Position numbers and translations under genes: made by a program. Source: Elusimicrobiota bacterium (GTDB lineage Bacteria; Elusimicrobiota; Elusimicrobia; Elusimicrobiales; UBA9959). From it: a stretch of DNA of 58,562 nucleotides. The stretch spans positions 1 through 58,562 of the forward strand of contig DAIENX010000009.1 in the NCBI GenBank assembly GCA_027340875.1, given 5' to 3'. Under the pieces are notes generated by a model, which did not search any database, was not told the origin of the DNA, and worked only from the letters and a program-made list of their open reading frames with translations. Shown in pieces: positions 45,357 to 54,330 of the stretch (position 1 is the first letter of the stretch; each line of letters starts with the position of its first letter).

Positions 45357-47234
45357 TCATTTCCCCAGGGCCCAGTCCAGCTCCGCGTCCGCGGAGCAGA
45401 CGTCATGCATGGCCTGCGTGTAAAGCGTCTGGGCCTTGTTCAGGGCGAGCGTCGCGTCGCTGAGGTCCAGCTGGCCGGCAAGGCCGTTCTTGAAGCGCAG
45501 CTCGGTGGCGGCCAGCGCCTTGCGCGCCGTTTCGACGGCCGCCGCCTGGGAATCTTCCCTCCTGGAAGCCTCGGTAAGGTCGAGCCAGGCCTTTTTCACC
45601 GCTATCTTGAGGTCGCGCTCCGCGGCCTTGAGGTTCTCTCCGGCTATGTCCAGCGAGAGCGCGGCCTGCTTCACGCGGGATGAGACCGCCCCGCCGGAGA
45701 AGAGCGGCAGGCTGAGCCTCAGGCCTGCCGACAGGCTCCAGCTCCTGGAGTCGGGGCCGGGGAAGCCCGAGTTCCCCTGGGCCTGGAATTGCCTGGAAGC
45801 GAAGGCCGAGAGGTACGGGTAGTGCCCCGCCCTCTCCAGCGTGATGTTCTGTTCGGCCAGCTTCTTCTGCAGGGCGGCCAGCCGGTATTCCGGGCGCTCG
45901 GCCATGGCCTGGGCGTACAGCTCGTCCAGCGGGCCGCGCGGCGCGGCCTGGCAGGACATGGAGCCGGAGAGGGCGAGCTCCGCGTCCGGCTCCATCCCCA
46001 GGAGGTTCTTCAGCGCCAGCAGGCCCTCCTCATAATAGTTCAGGTTCTGCATCACTGCCGGTTCGTTATTTGAGACCTCCACTTCCTGGCGCAGCGCCGC
46101 GAGGTCGCTGGCCAGCCCCTGCTTGAACTGCGCGTTGATGGTCTCGAGGTGCTGGCGGGAGAGCTGCAGCGTCTCCTGCTGTATGTCGGCCATCGCCTTG
46201 GACAGCAGGACGGAATAATAGAGCTGAGTTACGGCCTTCTTGACGGAATTCTGCGATGCCCGCAGTTGTTCGGTGCTGGAGTCGGAGTAGATGCCGGCCA
46301 TCCGTATGCCGGTGTTGACCTTGCCGCCGGCCCAGAGCACCTGGTTCAGGTCGAGCGAGGCGGCGTAGGAGTTGTCCGAGCCTATCGCGATCTTGTTGCC
46401 GCCGAAGAACATCGAGGGCTTCTCGATGTTCCTGGTGTACGAGGCACCGGCGCTGAGCTGCGGGTAGACGCCGCCCCAGTACTCGCGGATCTTCTCCTTA
46501 TATATCAGTCGGCTGCGCTCGGCGTTGGAGACGGAGGCGTTGTTCTTCATCGCCAGCCTTACCGCGTCCTCCACTCCGAGAGAGGCTGGAGAGGCCGAAA
46601 GGAGCACGGGCAGCAGGAGCATGATGGCCGCCCCGGCCTTCATGTGCCGGGCGCCGGCGCAGATAAGGCGGGCCAATCGCCCGGGCAGATCCTTCTCCAG
46701 CGCCGACACGCCTTTCTCCCGCGCTTCCATAAGGAGGTAGCCGATGACCGCGCTTATCATGTGGAGTATATTGGCCGCTCCCTGTTTCGGGAGGTCCTCC
46801 TTCTCCAGGGCGGCGCGCAAAGCGGCCCTGTGGCGGGCCTTCATCTCCCGGGCCATGGAGGATAGTACCCCTTGCGAGGGGGAGGTCATGATCTTCAGGG
46901 CGCATTTGGGCATGTCGGGGTAGCGGCGCATGAACGCCATATGGTTGGAGAAGACCATCTCCAGCCTCTTCTCGAGAGTGAGGCCCGGCCTGGTTATCTC
47001 CTGCGTCATTTCCTGGAAATGTTTGGTGCCTTCCTCGAAGGTGGCCCTTATCAACTCTTCCTTGTTCTTGAAGTAGTAGTAGAGTACGGGCTTTGTTATC
47101 TTCAGCTTGGCGGAGATCTCCCTCATCGAGACGGCGTCGGGGCCTTTGTCGGCCATCAGGGCCACGGCGGCGTCCAGTATCCGTTTGCGGGTCTTGTCCC
47201 CTTTGCTGATCCTGTTCTCTTTTCGTCTTTCCAT
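45357..47234 (-). CDS. TetR-family regulator fused in frame to a TolC-family outer membrane efflux protein
   Basis: About 195-aa TetR (ILDAA..L....G....SMREIS..L.ITKP.LYYYFKNKEEL), then MKAGAAIMLLLPVLLSASPA, then OEP repeats (YPQLSA, YPYLSA, LPLFSGG); no intervening stop. Confidence 0.88.
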   Translation of the reverse strand: MERRKENRISKGDKTRKRILDAAVALMADKGPDAVSMREISAKLKITKPVLYYYFKNKEELIRATFEEGTKHFQEMTQEITRPGLTLEKRLEMVFSNHMAFMRRYPDMPKCALKIMTSPSQGVLSSMAREMKARHRAALRAALEKEDLPKQGAANILHMISAVIGYLLMEAREKGVSALEKDLPGRLARLICAGARHMKAGAAIMLLLPVLLSASPASLGVEDAVRLAMKNNASVSNAERSRLIYKEKIREYWGGVYPQLSAGASYTRNIEKPSMFFGGNKIAIGSDNSYAASLDLNQVLWAGGKVNTGIRMAGIYSDSSTEQLRASQNSVKKAVTQLYYSVLLSKAMADIQQETLQLSRQHLETINAQFKQGLASDLAALRQEVEVSNNEPAVMQNLNYYEEGLLALKNLLGMEPDAELALSGSMSCQAAPRGPLDELYAQAMAERPEYRLAALQKKLAEQNITLERAGHYPYLSAFASRQFQAQGNSGFPGPDSRSWSLSAGLRLSLPLFSGGAVSSRVKQAALSLDIAGENLKAAERDLKIAVKKAWLDLTEASRREDSQAAAVETARKALAATELRFKNGLAGQLDLSDATLALNKAQTLYTQAMHDVCSADAELDWALGK

Positions 47235-47239
47235 AAAAC

Positions 47240-47287
47240 TTACCTACCGGTAAATAAATTATATCATCACGCCGTAGCCGATGTCAA
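47240..47287 (-). promoter_or_regulatory. Sigma70 promoter plus TetR-type operator for the efflux operon
   Basis: Minus strand TTGACA (47287-47282)-N18-TATAAT (47263-47258); imperfect palindrome TTACCTACCGGTAAATAA at 47240-47257 over the predicted start site. Confidence 0.8.
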
Positions 47288-47362
47288 CTCGCCGCGGGTG
47301 GGCCAAAGGGCCCAAGAACGCCTAGGCCCTAATTTTCGCCGCCGCTGGGCCCTCCGTCCCTA

Positions 47363-47390
47363 TTGCCGTTCGTCAAATCCGTGATAGAAT
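47363..47390 (+). promoter_or_regulatory. Putative sigma70 promoter
   Basis: TTGCCG-N16-TAGAAT with extended TGn. Confidence 0.55.
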
Positions 47391-47396
47391 CATATC

Positions 47397-47506
47397 TGCA
47401 AGACAGCAGCCCTTGTAATCCCCCGATAGTGGCGGGGGAGAATCCACCGGCGGGCCTACCCGCTGTAACCAGGGGAAACGGACAGCCGTTTCTCTTTTTT
47501 TATTTT
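47397..47506 (+). ncRNA. Candidate structured leader or sRNA ending in an intrinsic terminator
   Basis: Hairpins TCCCCCG..CGGGGGA and GCGGG..CCCGC, then GAAACGG-ACAG-CCGTTTC plus a T-tract, about 20 nt before the next ATG. Confidence 0.5.
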
Positions 47507-47526
47507 ACAGCGGACGGACCGAAACG

Positions 47527-48402
47527 ATGAACAAACTGATGGTAGCAATCCTGATGGCGGCGGCCTTCCGTGGCGCCGCCATGGCCCAGGACGCGCTCTC
47601 GGCGGGGGATCCCCTGGCCGGTTCAGGGCCTTTCTCCCCGGACCTGCAGGACATCATGGAAACTTCGGACGGCTATCTGAGCCCGGAGAACACTATGAAG
47701 GTCAGGACCGATTTCGATGAGAAGCCCGGCATGAGGGACGCCGTGATCTCGGCCCCCGCCGCCCAGATCAAGGCTCCTCCCCCTCCAGTCGTCCGTCCCG
47801 AGGACCGTCCCGGCCTGCCTTCCCTGCCCACCGGCCATTACAAGGTCACTTTCGCCGGCGAGAGCGGTCCTATGGGCTCCTATGTCTGGCCTATGGACCG
47901 GGGCTCCGCCCGGTACGCCAGGGAGTACGTGCTTCTCGGCGTGGTCCTGGCCGGCAGCCAGTATGACGGCATCCTGCCGCGCCTCGAGGCGGCCGGCTTC
48001 CGGTTCGCTGGCGAGAAAACTTCCTATTCCGGCCGCGACAAGACCACCGTGCTGTTGGGCTGGGCGCCTTATTCGGCGCTGACCGGCGTATCCAGCGTTC
48101 CCGGAGTGCGGAACGTCACCGTGGAGAAGAAAAGTTCCGGGATCCCGATGAAGGCCAGGGTGCGCTTCACGCTTAAGGTACCGTTCCAGAACAGGCCCAG
48201 CGCCTTCGTCCCAAGGTTCATCAAGGAACTGGAGAACAGCGGCGGGTTCACGGCCGACAACTGGTTCCGTCTGCCGCAGAAGGCGGCCGGCTCCAAGTTC
48301 AGCGTTTTCGACGTTACCGGCACCATGGCCGTCGACATGATAGGCGACCTTTCCCGCTCGCCGTTCGTGGCTTCGGTGGAATTCAACGACGCGGCGCTCT
48401 GA
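47527..48402 (+). CDS. Secreted hypothetical protein
   Basis: Signal peptide (AMA|Q), Pro-rich linker, typical codon bias. Confidence 0.8.
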   Translation: MNKLMVAILMAAAFRGAAMAQDALSAGDPLAGSGPFSPDLQDIMETSDGYLSPENTMKVRTDFDEKPGMRDAVISAPAAQIKAPPPPVVRPEDRPGLPSLPTGHYKVTFAGESGPMGSYVWPMDRGSARYAREYVLLGVVLAGSQYDGILPRLEAAGFRFAGEKTSYSGRDKTTVLLGWAPYSALTGVSSVPGVRNVTVEKKSSGIPMKARVRFTLKVPFQNRPSAFVPRFIKELENSGGFTADNWFRLPQKAAGSKFSVFDVTGTMAVDMIGDLSRSPFVASVEFNDAAL

Positions 48403-48511
48403 GGTCCCTTGCGTGGGCGGCCCGCCGGGCCGCCTTTCGGCATAATCCCATAAAAGTTATAATGACCCTATGGCCGGCGCTTTTTTTCCGCGGCCACTGG
48501 CGGTCCTTTAC

Positions 48512-49309
48512 ATGAACGAACACAGACATTACCATTCCGCGCATCAGCAGCCCAAGCCGCGCAAAGGCTACAGGGTGGCCTTTCTGCTCGCCTTTTCGGC
48601 CGGTCTTCTGGCGCAGATGCTGATCTTCCTGCAGGCGCAGATGAAGGAGATAACCGCGCTGCTCCGCGAGGATTTCCGCATAATCGTGGTGAAGGACGAC
48701 AAGGCCAAGGAGCCTCCGGAGGAGATAGCCGCCGCGATAGACGGCGTCAAGGGGACGGAGCAGGCCGTGTTCATAAGCCGCCAGGACCGCCTGGCCAGGC
48801 TGAAGACCGAGGAGCCTGAGCTTGTGGCCTCGGTCCTGCCGCCGGGCACCAATCCCATGCCAGACACCTGGGAGGTCGTGATAAAGGAGGAAGCTCTGGG
48901 GGACCTTAACGCCTGGACCGACGCGGTCTGGCGCATTCCCGGCGTCGCCGACGTGAAATATAAGCCGCTGGAGGCCTACGCGATAATGCATTCGGTCTTC
49001 TACGGCCACCTGATAACGCTCGGCCTGGCGCTCGCCTTCCTGGCCTTCATGGTCATGTCGGCGATGATACTGACCCACGGGCATACTCCGGCCGAGCTTG
49101 CGGCTTCCCTGTCCGCCGACAAGACCTGGTTCCTGGCCGGGGCGGGGGGCGGGGCGCTGTCCGCGCTGGCGTCGTACGCCGTGGTGTACCCCGTGAAGTA
49201 CCTTAGCCCGGTCTGGGTGTGGCCCAACCCGCTCTGGCAGGCGGCCGTGGCCTTTTTTGGCGCGCTGCTGGGGTGGGTGCTCTGCCAGTGGAAGAAGGCG
49301 CACTACTGA
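48512..49309 (+). CDS. ftsX: FtsX-like permease
   Basis: TM1, periplasmic domain with NPMPDTWEV (FtsX NPLP-like), IPGVADV.Y, three more TM segments; precedes envC. Confidence 0.7.
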   Translation: MNEHRHYHSAHQQPKPRKGYRVAFLLAFSAGLLAQMLIFLQAQMKEITALLREDFRIIVVKDDKAKEPPEEIAAAIDGVKGTEQAVFISRQDRLARLKTEEPELVASVLPPGTNPMPDTWEVVIKEEALGDLNAWTDAVWRIPGVADVKYKPLEAYAIMHSVFYGHLITLGLALAFLAFMVMSAMILTHGHTPAELAASLSADKTWFLAGAGGGALSALASYAVVYPVKYLSPVWVWPNPLWQAAVAFFGALLGWVLCQWKKAHY

Positions 49310-49315
49310 ATCCGA

Positions 49316-50530
49316 ATGACGGGACCGGCGATGATCTCCTGCGGTAAGAACAGGCGCGCCCGCGCCGTGCTGCTGCTGCTCTTGATGCTGGCGGCCTGCG
49401 CGGCCTTCTGCCGTCCGGCCGACGCCCAGTCCGCGATAGAGAAGAAGCAGAAGAGCCTGGACGAGATAAACCGGCAGCTGGAGGAGAAGAAGCGGGAGAT
49501 GGAACAGTTCCGCCAGGAGGAGGAACGCATTTCCGCGGAACTGTCCGGACTGAAGAAGGAGGAGAGCAGGGGTGCGGCCAGGCGGCGCGAGCTGGAAGAG
49601 CAACTGAGCAGCGCCAGGTCGCGCTCGGCAGACGCCAGGCTGAAGTACGACTCTCTCGAGAAGACCCGCAAGGACCTCGCCGGCGACATCCACGGCGAGC
49701 TGGTCATGTTCTCGCTGCAGAGGGACTTCTATTATCCCTATTACGGAATACGCGACATAACCAAGGACATGCTGATCCGTGCGGCCATGTTCAACAAGCG
49801 CGCGTTGCTCACGAAGATCAAGGGCGAGAGCGCCAGGATACACAAGGATATCGAGCTGTTCAGCCGCAGGGGCGCCGAGCTCCGGTCCCGCAACGAGGTA
49901 CTGAGGAAGCAGAGCTCGGAACGAAGGACAGTGCTGAGGGCCAAACAGAGCGAGCTTGACAGGACCCGAGAGCAGCAGGCCCGCCTGGCCAGGGAGCTCC
50001 AGGAGCTGCAGAACGCCGCCCTGGGCCTGACCAAGCTGGTCAAGAAGCTGCAGAAGCAGGCCCCCTACCGCAGCAGGGATTTCGACCGCACCCTGCCGAT
50101 AGAGCCGGGCTCGATGAGGTGGCCGGCCGATGGCAAGGTGATAAGCCGGTTCGGCAGGGAGGACATCCCGGCCCTTAAGACCTGGATAGTCCGGGAAGGC
50201 ATACGAATAGCTACTGCCCGCCAGGCGCCGGTGCACCCGGCTCTGGAGGGGAAGATCATCTACGCCGGACCTTTTCGTACCTACGGCAACGTGGTCATCA
50301 TCGACCATGAGAAGGGTTTCTTCACCGTCTACGGCCTGCTGGACACCATAGACGCGACGGCCGGCCAGCAGGTCTCCCCCGGCACTACCATAGGCCTGGC
50401 AGGAGAGGATACCCAGGCCGTTAGCTCCGGCAAGAGGGCTTCCGGCAGCGCCGTCTATTTCGAGATACGCAAGGGAGACCGGGCCTTGGACCCCCTTAAA
50501 TGGCTGCCTTCTGACGGCAGATCTGACTGA
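49316..50530 (+). CDS. envC: Murein hydrolase activator EnvC-like (coiled coil plus M23)
   Basis: Signal peptide, long coiled coil, WP..G.VISRFG, YGNVVIIDH, YFEIR; degenerate metal ligands. Confidence 0.85.
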   Translation: MTGPAMISCGKNRRARAVLLLLLMLAACAAFCRPADAQSAIEKKQKSLDEINRQLEEKKREMEQFRQEEERISAELSGLKKEESRGAARRRELEEQLSSARSRSADARLKYDSLEKTRKDLAGDIHGELVMFSLQRDFYYPYYGIRDITKDMLIRAAMFNKRALLTKIKGESARIHKDIELFSRRGAELRSRNEVLRKQSSERRTVLRAKQSELDRTREQQARLARELQELQNAALGLTKLVKKLQKQAPYRSRDFDRTLPIEPGSMRWPADGKVISRFGREDIPALKTWIVREGIRIATARQAPVHPALEGKIIYAGPFRTYGNVVIIDHEKGFFTVYGLLDTIDATAGQQVSPGTTIGLAGEDTQAVSSGKRASGSAVYFEIRKGDRALDPLKWLPSDGRSD

Positions 50531-50648
50531 TACGCGGCGTCCGCCGCTTTATGGCCGCGGCGGGCAATAATGAGTATAATAATATAGTTATGGCTTCCGG
50601 CCGCCCGCGCGGCCGGCCTTTGGCGTTTTTACACAAGGAGCGCGCTCA

Positions 50649-51935
50649 ATGAGGAACACAAAGAAACTCGTCCTGGTCACTTTTTCGGCCCTGCTGATCG
50701 GGGCGGCCTTCCCGTACGTGGATTTCGCGCTGGACAGGACCTATGAGCAGCTTAAGGTCATCGTGGACGTTATGGAGCTGATCAAGGACAGCTACGTGGA
50801 GCAGATAGACCCGCAGAAGTTGGTCTACGGCGCGGCCAAGGGCATGGTGGCCGAGCTGGACGATTTCTCCCAGTTCATGGAGCCCGACGTCTATGACAGG
50901 GTCAAGAGCGACACCGAGGGCGAGTTCGGCGGTATCGGCATACGCGTGGACGTCAAGGACGGCTGGCTCACCGTGGTGACCCCGCTGCCGGGCACGCCGG
51001 CCTGGAACGCCGGGATGATGCCGGGGGACAAGATCGTAAAGATAGAGGGCAAGAGCACCAGGGACATGGTGATAGACGAGGCCATCAAGCAGCTTCGCGG
51101 CAAACCCGGCACCAAGGTCAACATAACGACCGCCCGGGAGTCCGAGGACAAGAACGCCGAATGGGTGACGAAGGACATCTCCCTCACGCGCGAGCTTATC
51201 AAGACCGAGAACGTGAAGTGGCGGATGCTCGACGACAAGCTTGGCTACGTCAAAATCATAGAGTTCACCGGCCACGTGACCGAGAACGTGGAGAAGGCCC
51301 TGTCCGAGCTGAAGGGCAAGGGCATGGAGGGGCTGGTGATAGACCTGCGTTACAATCCGGGCGGCCTGCTGGCGGCGGCCGTGGACATCTCCAAGATGTT
51401 CATGAACGGCAACAAGATGATAGTCTACACGAAGGGCCGCAAGCCCGAGAACTACCAGGAGTTCAGGGCCAACGGCTCCGCCCCTTACGAAACGCTGCCG
51501 CTGGTCATCCTGCTCAACCGCTACTCCGCCAGCGCCAGCGAGATCGTCTCGGGCGCGATGCAGGACAACAAGCGCGCCGTGATAGTCGGCGAGCGCTCCT
51601 TCGGCAAGGCCAGCGTGCAGTCGATGATCCCGCTGTCCGATAAGTCGGCGCTCAGGCTGACGATAGCCAAGTACTACACGCCCAGCGGCAAGTCCATCCA
51701 GCATGACGCCAACAACGAGCACGGCGGCATCATCCCGGACATCCCGGTCAAGGTGCCGCTCGAGACCGAGAAGAAGCTGCTGCAGCAGGACGAGGAGCTT
51801 TATTACCCGGGCAAGAAGGAAGATGACAAGCCCGAGAAGAAGAAGGACGCTGTTCAGGACGAGGTCCTGAACAGGGCCGTCGAGCTGCTGAAAGCCCGCG
51901 AGGTGCTGGGGAACCTCAAGCCCGCGGCGAAATAA
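50649..51935 (+). CDS. ctpA: Carboxy-terminal processing protease (S41)
   Basis: FGGIGI PDZ, DLRYNPGG, SASASEI, FGKASVQ, YYTPSG. Confidence 0.95.
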   Translation: MRNTKKLVLVTFSALLIGAAFPYVDFALDRTYEQLKVIVDVMELIKDSYVEQIDPQKLVYGAAKGMVAELDDFSQFMEPDVYDRVKSDTEGEFGGIGIRVDVKDGWLTVVTPLPGTPAWNAGMMPGDKIVKIEGKSTRDMVIDEAIKQLRGKPGTKVNITTARESEDKNAEWVTKDISLTRELIKTENVKWRMLDDKLGYVKIIEFTGHVTENVEKALSELKGKGMEGLVIDLRYNPGGLLAAAVDISKMFMNGNKMIVYTKGRKPENYQEFRANGSAPYETLPLVILLNRYSASASEIVSGAMQDNKRAVIVGERSFGKASVQSMIPLSDKSALRLTIAKYYTPSGKSIQHDANNEHGGIIPDIPVKVPLETEKKLLQQDEELYYPGKKEDDKPEKKKDAVQDEVLNRAVELLKAREVLGNLKPAAK

Positions 51936-51943
51936 TGAGGACC

Positions 51944-52034
51944 GGGGTCAGGTCTTGAATCTTGACATTTCGCGCGCGCCGGTATCCGCTACGGCCCGGC
52001 CGTTCAGGCATGTCAAGATCCAGGACCCGACCCC
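51944..52034. repeat. REP/REPIN-like inverted repeat pair
   Basis: 25-bp arms GGGGTCAGGTCTTGAATCTTGACAT / ATGTCAAGATCCAGGACCCGACCCC (3 mismatches). Confidence 0.8.
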
Positions 52035-52040
52035 AGCTTG

Positions 52041-53084
52041 ATGAAGATACTGGCCTTCGAGACCACCTGCGACGAGACCTCCGCCGCCGTCCTTAACGGC
52101 GGCCGGCTGCTCTCCAACGAGGTGTTCTCTCAGGTGCCCATGCACAGGAAGTACAGCGGCGTCGTGCCCGAGCTGGCCAGCCGCGCCCACCTGGAGAAGA
52201 TCCCGTTCGTGCTCTCCGGGGCTTTGCGCGGTTCGGGGGACCCTGTGCCGCTGAAACGCGGCTCGTTCGACGCCGTCGCCTTCTCCAGGGGGCCGGGCCT
52301 GCCCGGTGCGCTGATGGTGGGGCGCGTGGCCGCGGAGGCCGCGGCCGAACTGGCTGGCTGTCGGCTCATCGGGGTAAACCACCTTGAGGGCCATCTGCTG
52401 GCCTGCGAGTTCAGCGGAGGCAGGGCTTCCGCCAGGCTGCGCTTCCCGCTGCTGGCGCTGCTGGTCTCCGGAGGGCATACCGAGCTCTGGCATGCCCGCG
52501 GCTATGGGGATTACCGGGTGCTGGGTCGCACGCGCGACGACGCGGCCGGAGAGGCTTTCGACAAGGTGGCCAAACTGCTGGGGCTTCCCTACCCCGGCGG
52601 GCCATCGGTGGAGAAGGACGCCGCGAAGGCGCGGGGGAAGTGCCCCGAGTTTCCGCGACCGCTGCTTAAGGGGACGACGGACTTCTCCTTCAGCGGTCTG
52701 AAGACCGCGGTCAGCTATTACCTGGCCGGCCGCTTGGGACAGGACTTTTACAAGCGCGGGCTGAGGCTGCCGCCGGCCGAACGGGCCCGGGTCTGCCGCG
52801 CCTTCCAGTCAGCCGTGGTCGAGACCCTGGTCAGGAAGACCGCCGAGGCCGCCGGTTCTCTGGGCTTGAAGCGTATTGCGGTGGGCGGCGGCGTCTCGGC
52901 CAACGCCGCGTTGCGCGAGGCCTTCTCTAGGCTGGAAGGATGCGAGGTGCGCTTTTCGGAGAAGGCCTACTGCTCTGACAACGCGGCCATGGTGGCTCTC
53001 TGCGCGCAGCGCCGCCTGGAGAAAGGCGGGTTCAGGAACAGTCTGAAGGTGGCACCTGAGCTGGCGGAGCCGGGCTGGCGCTGA
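52041..53084 (+). CDS. tsaD: tRNA N6-threonylcarbamoyltransferase TsaD
   Basis: ETTCDET, GVVPELASRAH, HLEGH, LLVSGGHT, DDAAGEAFDK, FSFSGLKT, DNAAM. Confidence 0.96.
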   Translation: MKILAFETTCDETSAAVLNGGRLLSNEVFSQVPMHRKYSGVVPELASRAHLEKIPFVLSGALRGSGDPVPLKRGSFDAVAFSRGPGLPGALMVGRVAAEAAAELAGCRLIGVNHLEGHLLACEFSGGRASARLRFPLLALLVSGGHTELWHARGYGDYRVLGRTRDDAAGEAFDKVAKLLGLPYPGGPSVEKDAAKARGKCPEFPRPLLKGTTDFSFSGLKTAVSYYLAGRLGQDFYKRGLRLPPAERARVCRAFQSAVVETLVRKTAEAAGSLGLKRIAVGGGVSANAALREAFSRLEGCEVRFSEKAYCSDNAAMVALCAQRRLEKGGFRNSLKVAPELAEPGWR

Positions 53085-53121
53085 AACAGAAACGTAATAT
53101 GCGCTTGGTATAAATTAAATA

Positions 53122-54303
53122 ATGCAGATCTGGCTGCTCTCGGACTACGACCACAGAAAGCACGTCGCTTTCAAGAACCTGCTCGGCCGCTTCTCCGCGG
53201 CCTTCCCCGACGCGCGGCCGGAGTTCACCGTCAAGAGCCGCAAGAACCTCTGGGAGAGCATGTTCGCCCACCTGCGCGACCCGAAGCGCAGTCCGATGGC
53301 TGACGTGGTGGAGATACCGCAGAACTGGACAGAGCTTTTCTCGCGCCTGGGGATGCTGTCGGAGATCTCCTCCGAAGTGAAGCCGCTGGAGGACCGCAGT
53401 TATCCGGATTTCATCCTGAAGGAGCTCTGCCGTCACGACGAGTCCCATGCCTATTCCGCCCCCTGGTGGCTGGAGGCGCCGGCGCTTTTCTACCGCCCGC
53501 AGGCGCTGAAAGGCGCGGTGGAGGACCCGGCCGCGGAGCTTGCCTCCTGGGAGGGCTTCAGGGCCGCGCTGGACAGGGTCCGCCCGCCGTCGAAGCGCTC
53601 GGATTTCCGCGCGCTTTCCGTTCCCGGTTCCTCGGGTTCGGTTTCCGTTTCCGACGTGCTGCCGCGCGTCTGGGGCCGGCGCGGCGGCCTGTTCTCCGAC
53701 GATTTCAACCGGGCCACTTTCAACCGCGACGAGACCGCCGGCGGCATAGCGGATTGGCTGGAACTGGCCGTCAGCGGCAAAATAGAGCTGTTCAGCGACG
53801 ACCGCTTCGAGAACGGCCCGAGGCCGGCCGAAGACTGCGCTTTCATGATCTCCGGCCGCAAGCTGTCGGGCGCCGTCCGTGCGGGCCTCAGGATGCTCCC
53901 CTATCCGGGGTGCCCTTCCGGCGGCGGCCTGATGCTGGTATACAACTTGGCGGTCTCCGCCTCGACCAGGGACCATTCGGCCGCCGCGCAGTTCGTCTCC
54001 TGGGCCATGGAGCCGCGCAATTCCGCCTATTTTTCCGAGAGCTTCGGGGTGTTCCCCTGCCAGCGGACGGCGCTGGAGGACAGGCTGCGCGAGGACAAGG
54101 GGGCCGACGTGTACCGCCTCCTCTTCTCCGCCCCGGAGCTGATGCCGAACATCATGGTCTACCCTACCGCGGAGCTGCTGCTGGAGCGGGTGCTCTGGAA
54201 CCTATCGTTGAAGATAGCCAGGCGGGACTACGAACGCGAGGACCTGATGCGCGAGCTTATAATGGCCCAGGGAGAGGCGGATTACCTGCTTTCGCTTTAC
54301 TGA
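53122..54303 (+). CDS. Solute-binding-protein family 1-like protein without a signal peptide
   Basis: ADVVEI, YSAPW...LFYR, SWEGF, AAQFVSW pattern of sugar-binding SBPs; in-frame TAA at 53116-53118 excludes an N-terminal extension. Confidence 0.7.
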   Translation: MQIWLLSDYDHRKHVAFKNLLGRFSAAFPDARPEFTVKSRKNLWESMFAHLRDPKRSPMADVVEIPQNWTELFSRLGMLSEISSEVKPLEDRSYPDFILKELCRHDESHAYSAPWWLEAPALFYRPQALKGAVEDPAAELASWEGFRAALDRVRPPSKRSDFRALSVPGSSGSVSVSDVLPRVWGRRGGLFSDDFNRATFNRDETAGGIADWLELAVSGKIELFSDDRFENGPRPAEDCAFMISGRKLSGAVRAGLRMLPYPGCPSGGGLMLVYNLAVSASTRDHSAAAQFVSWAMEPRNSAYFSESFGVFPCQRTALEDRLREDKGADVYRLLFSAPELMPNIMVYPTAELLLERVLWNLSLKIARRDYEREDLMRELIMAQGEADYLLSLY

Positions 54304-54330
54304 GGCGGCGCCGGCGCCGCGGATCGAGAG

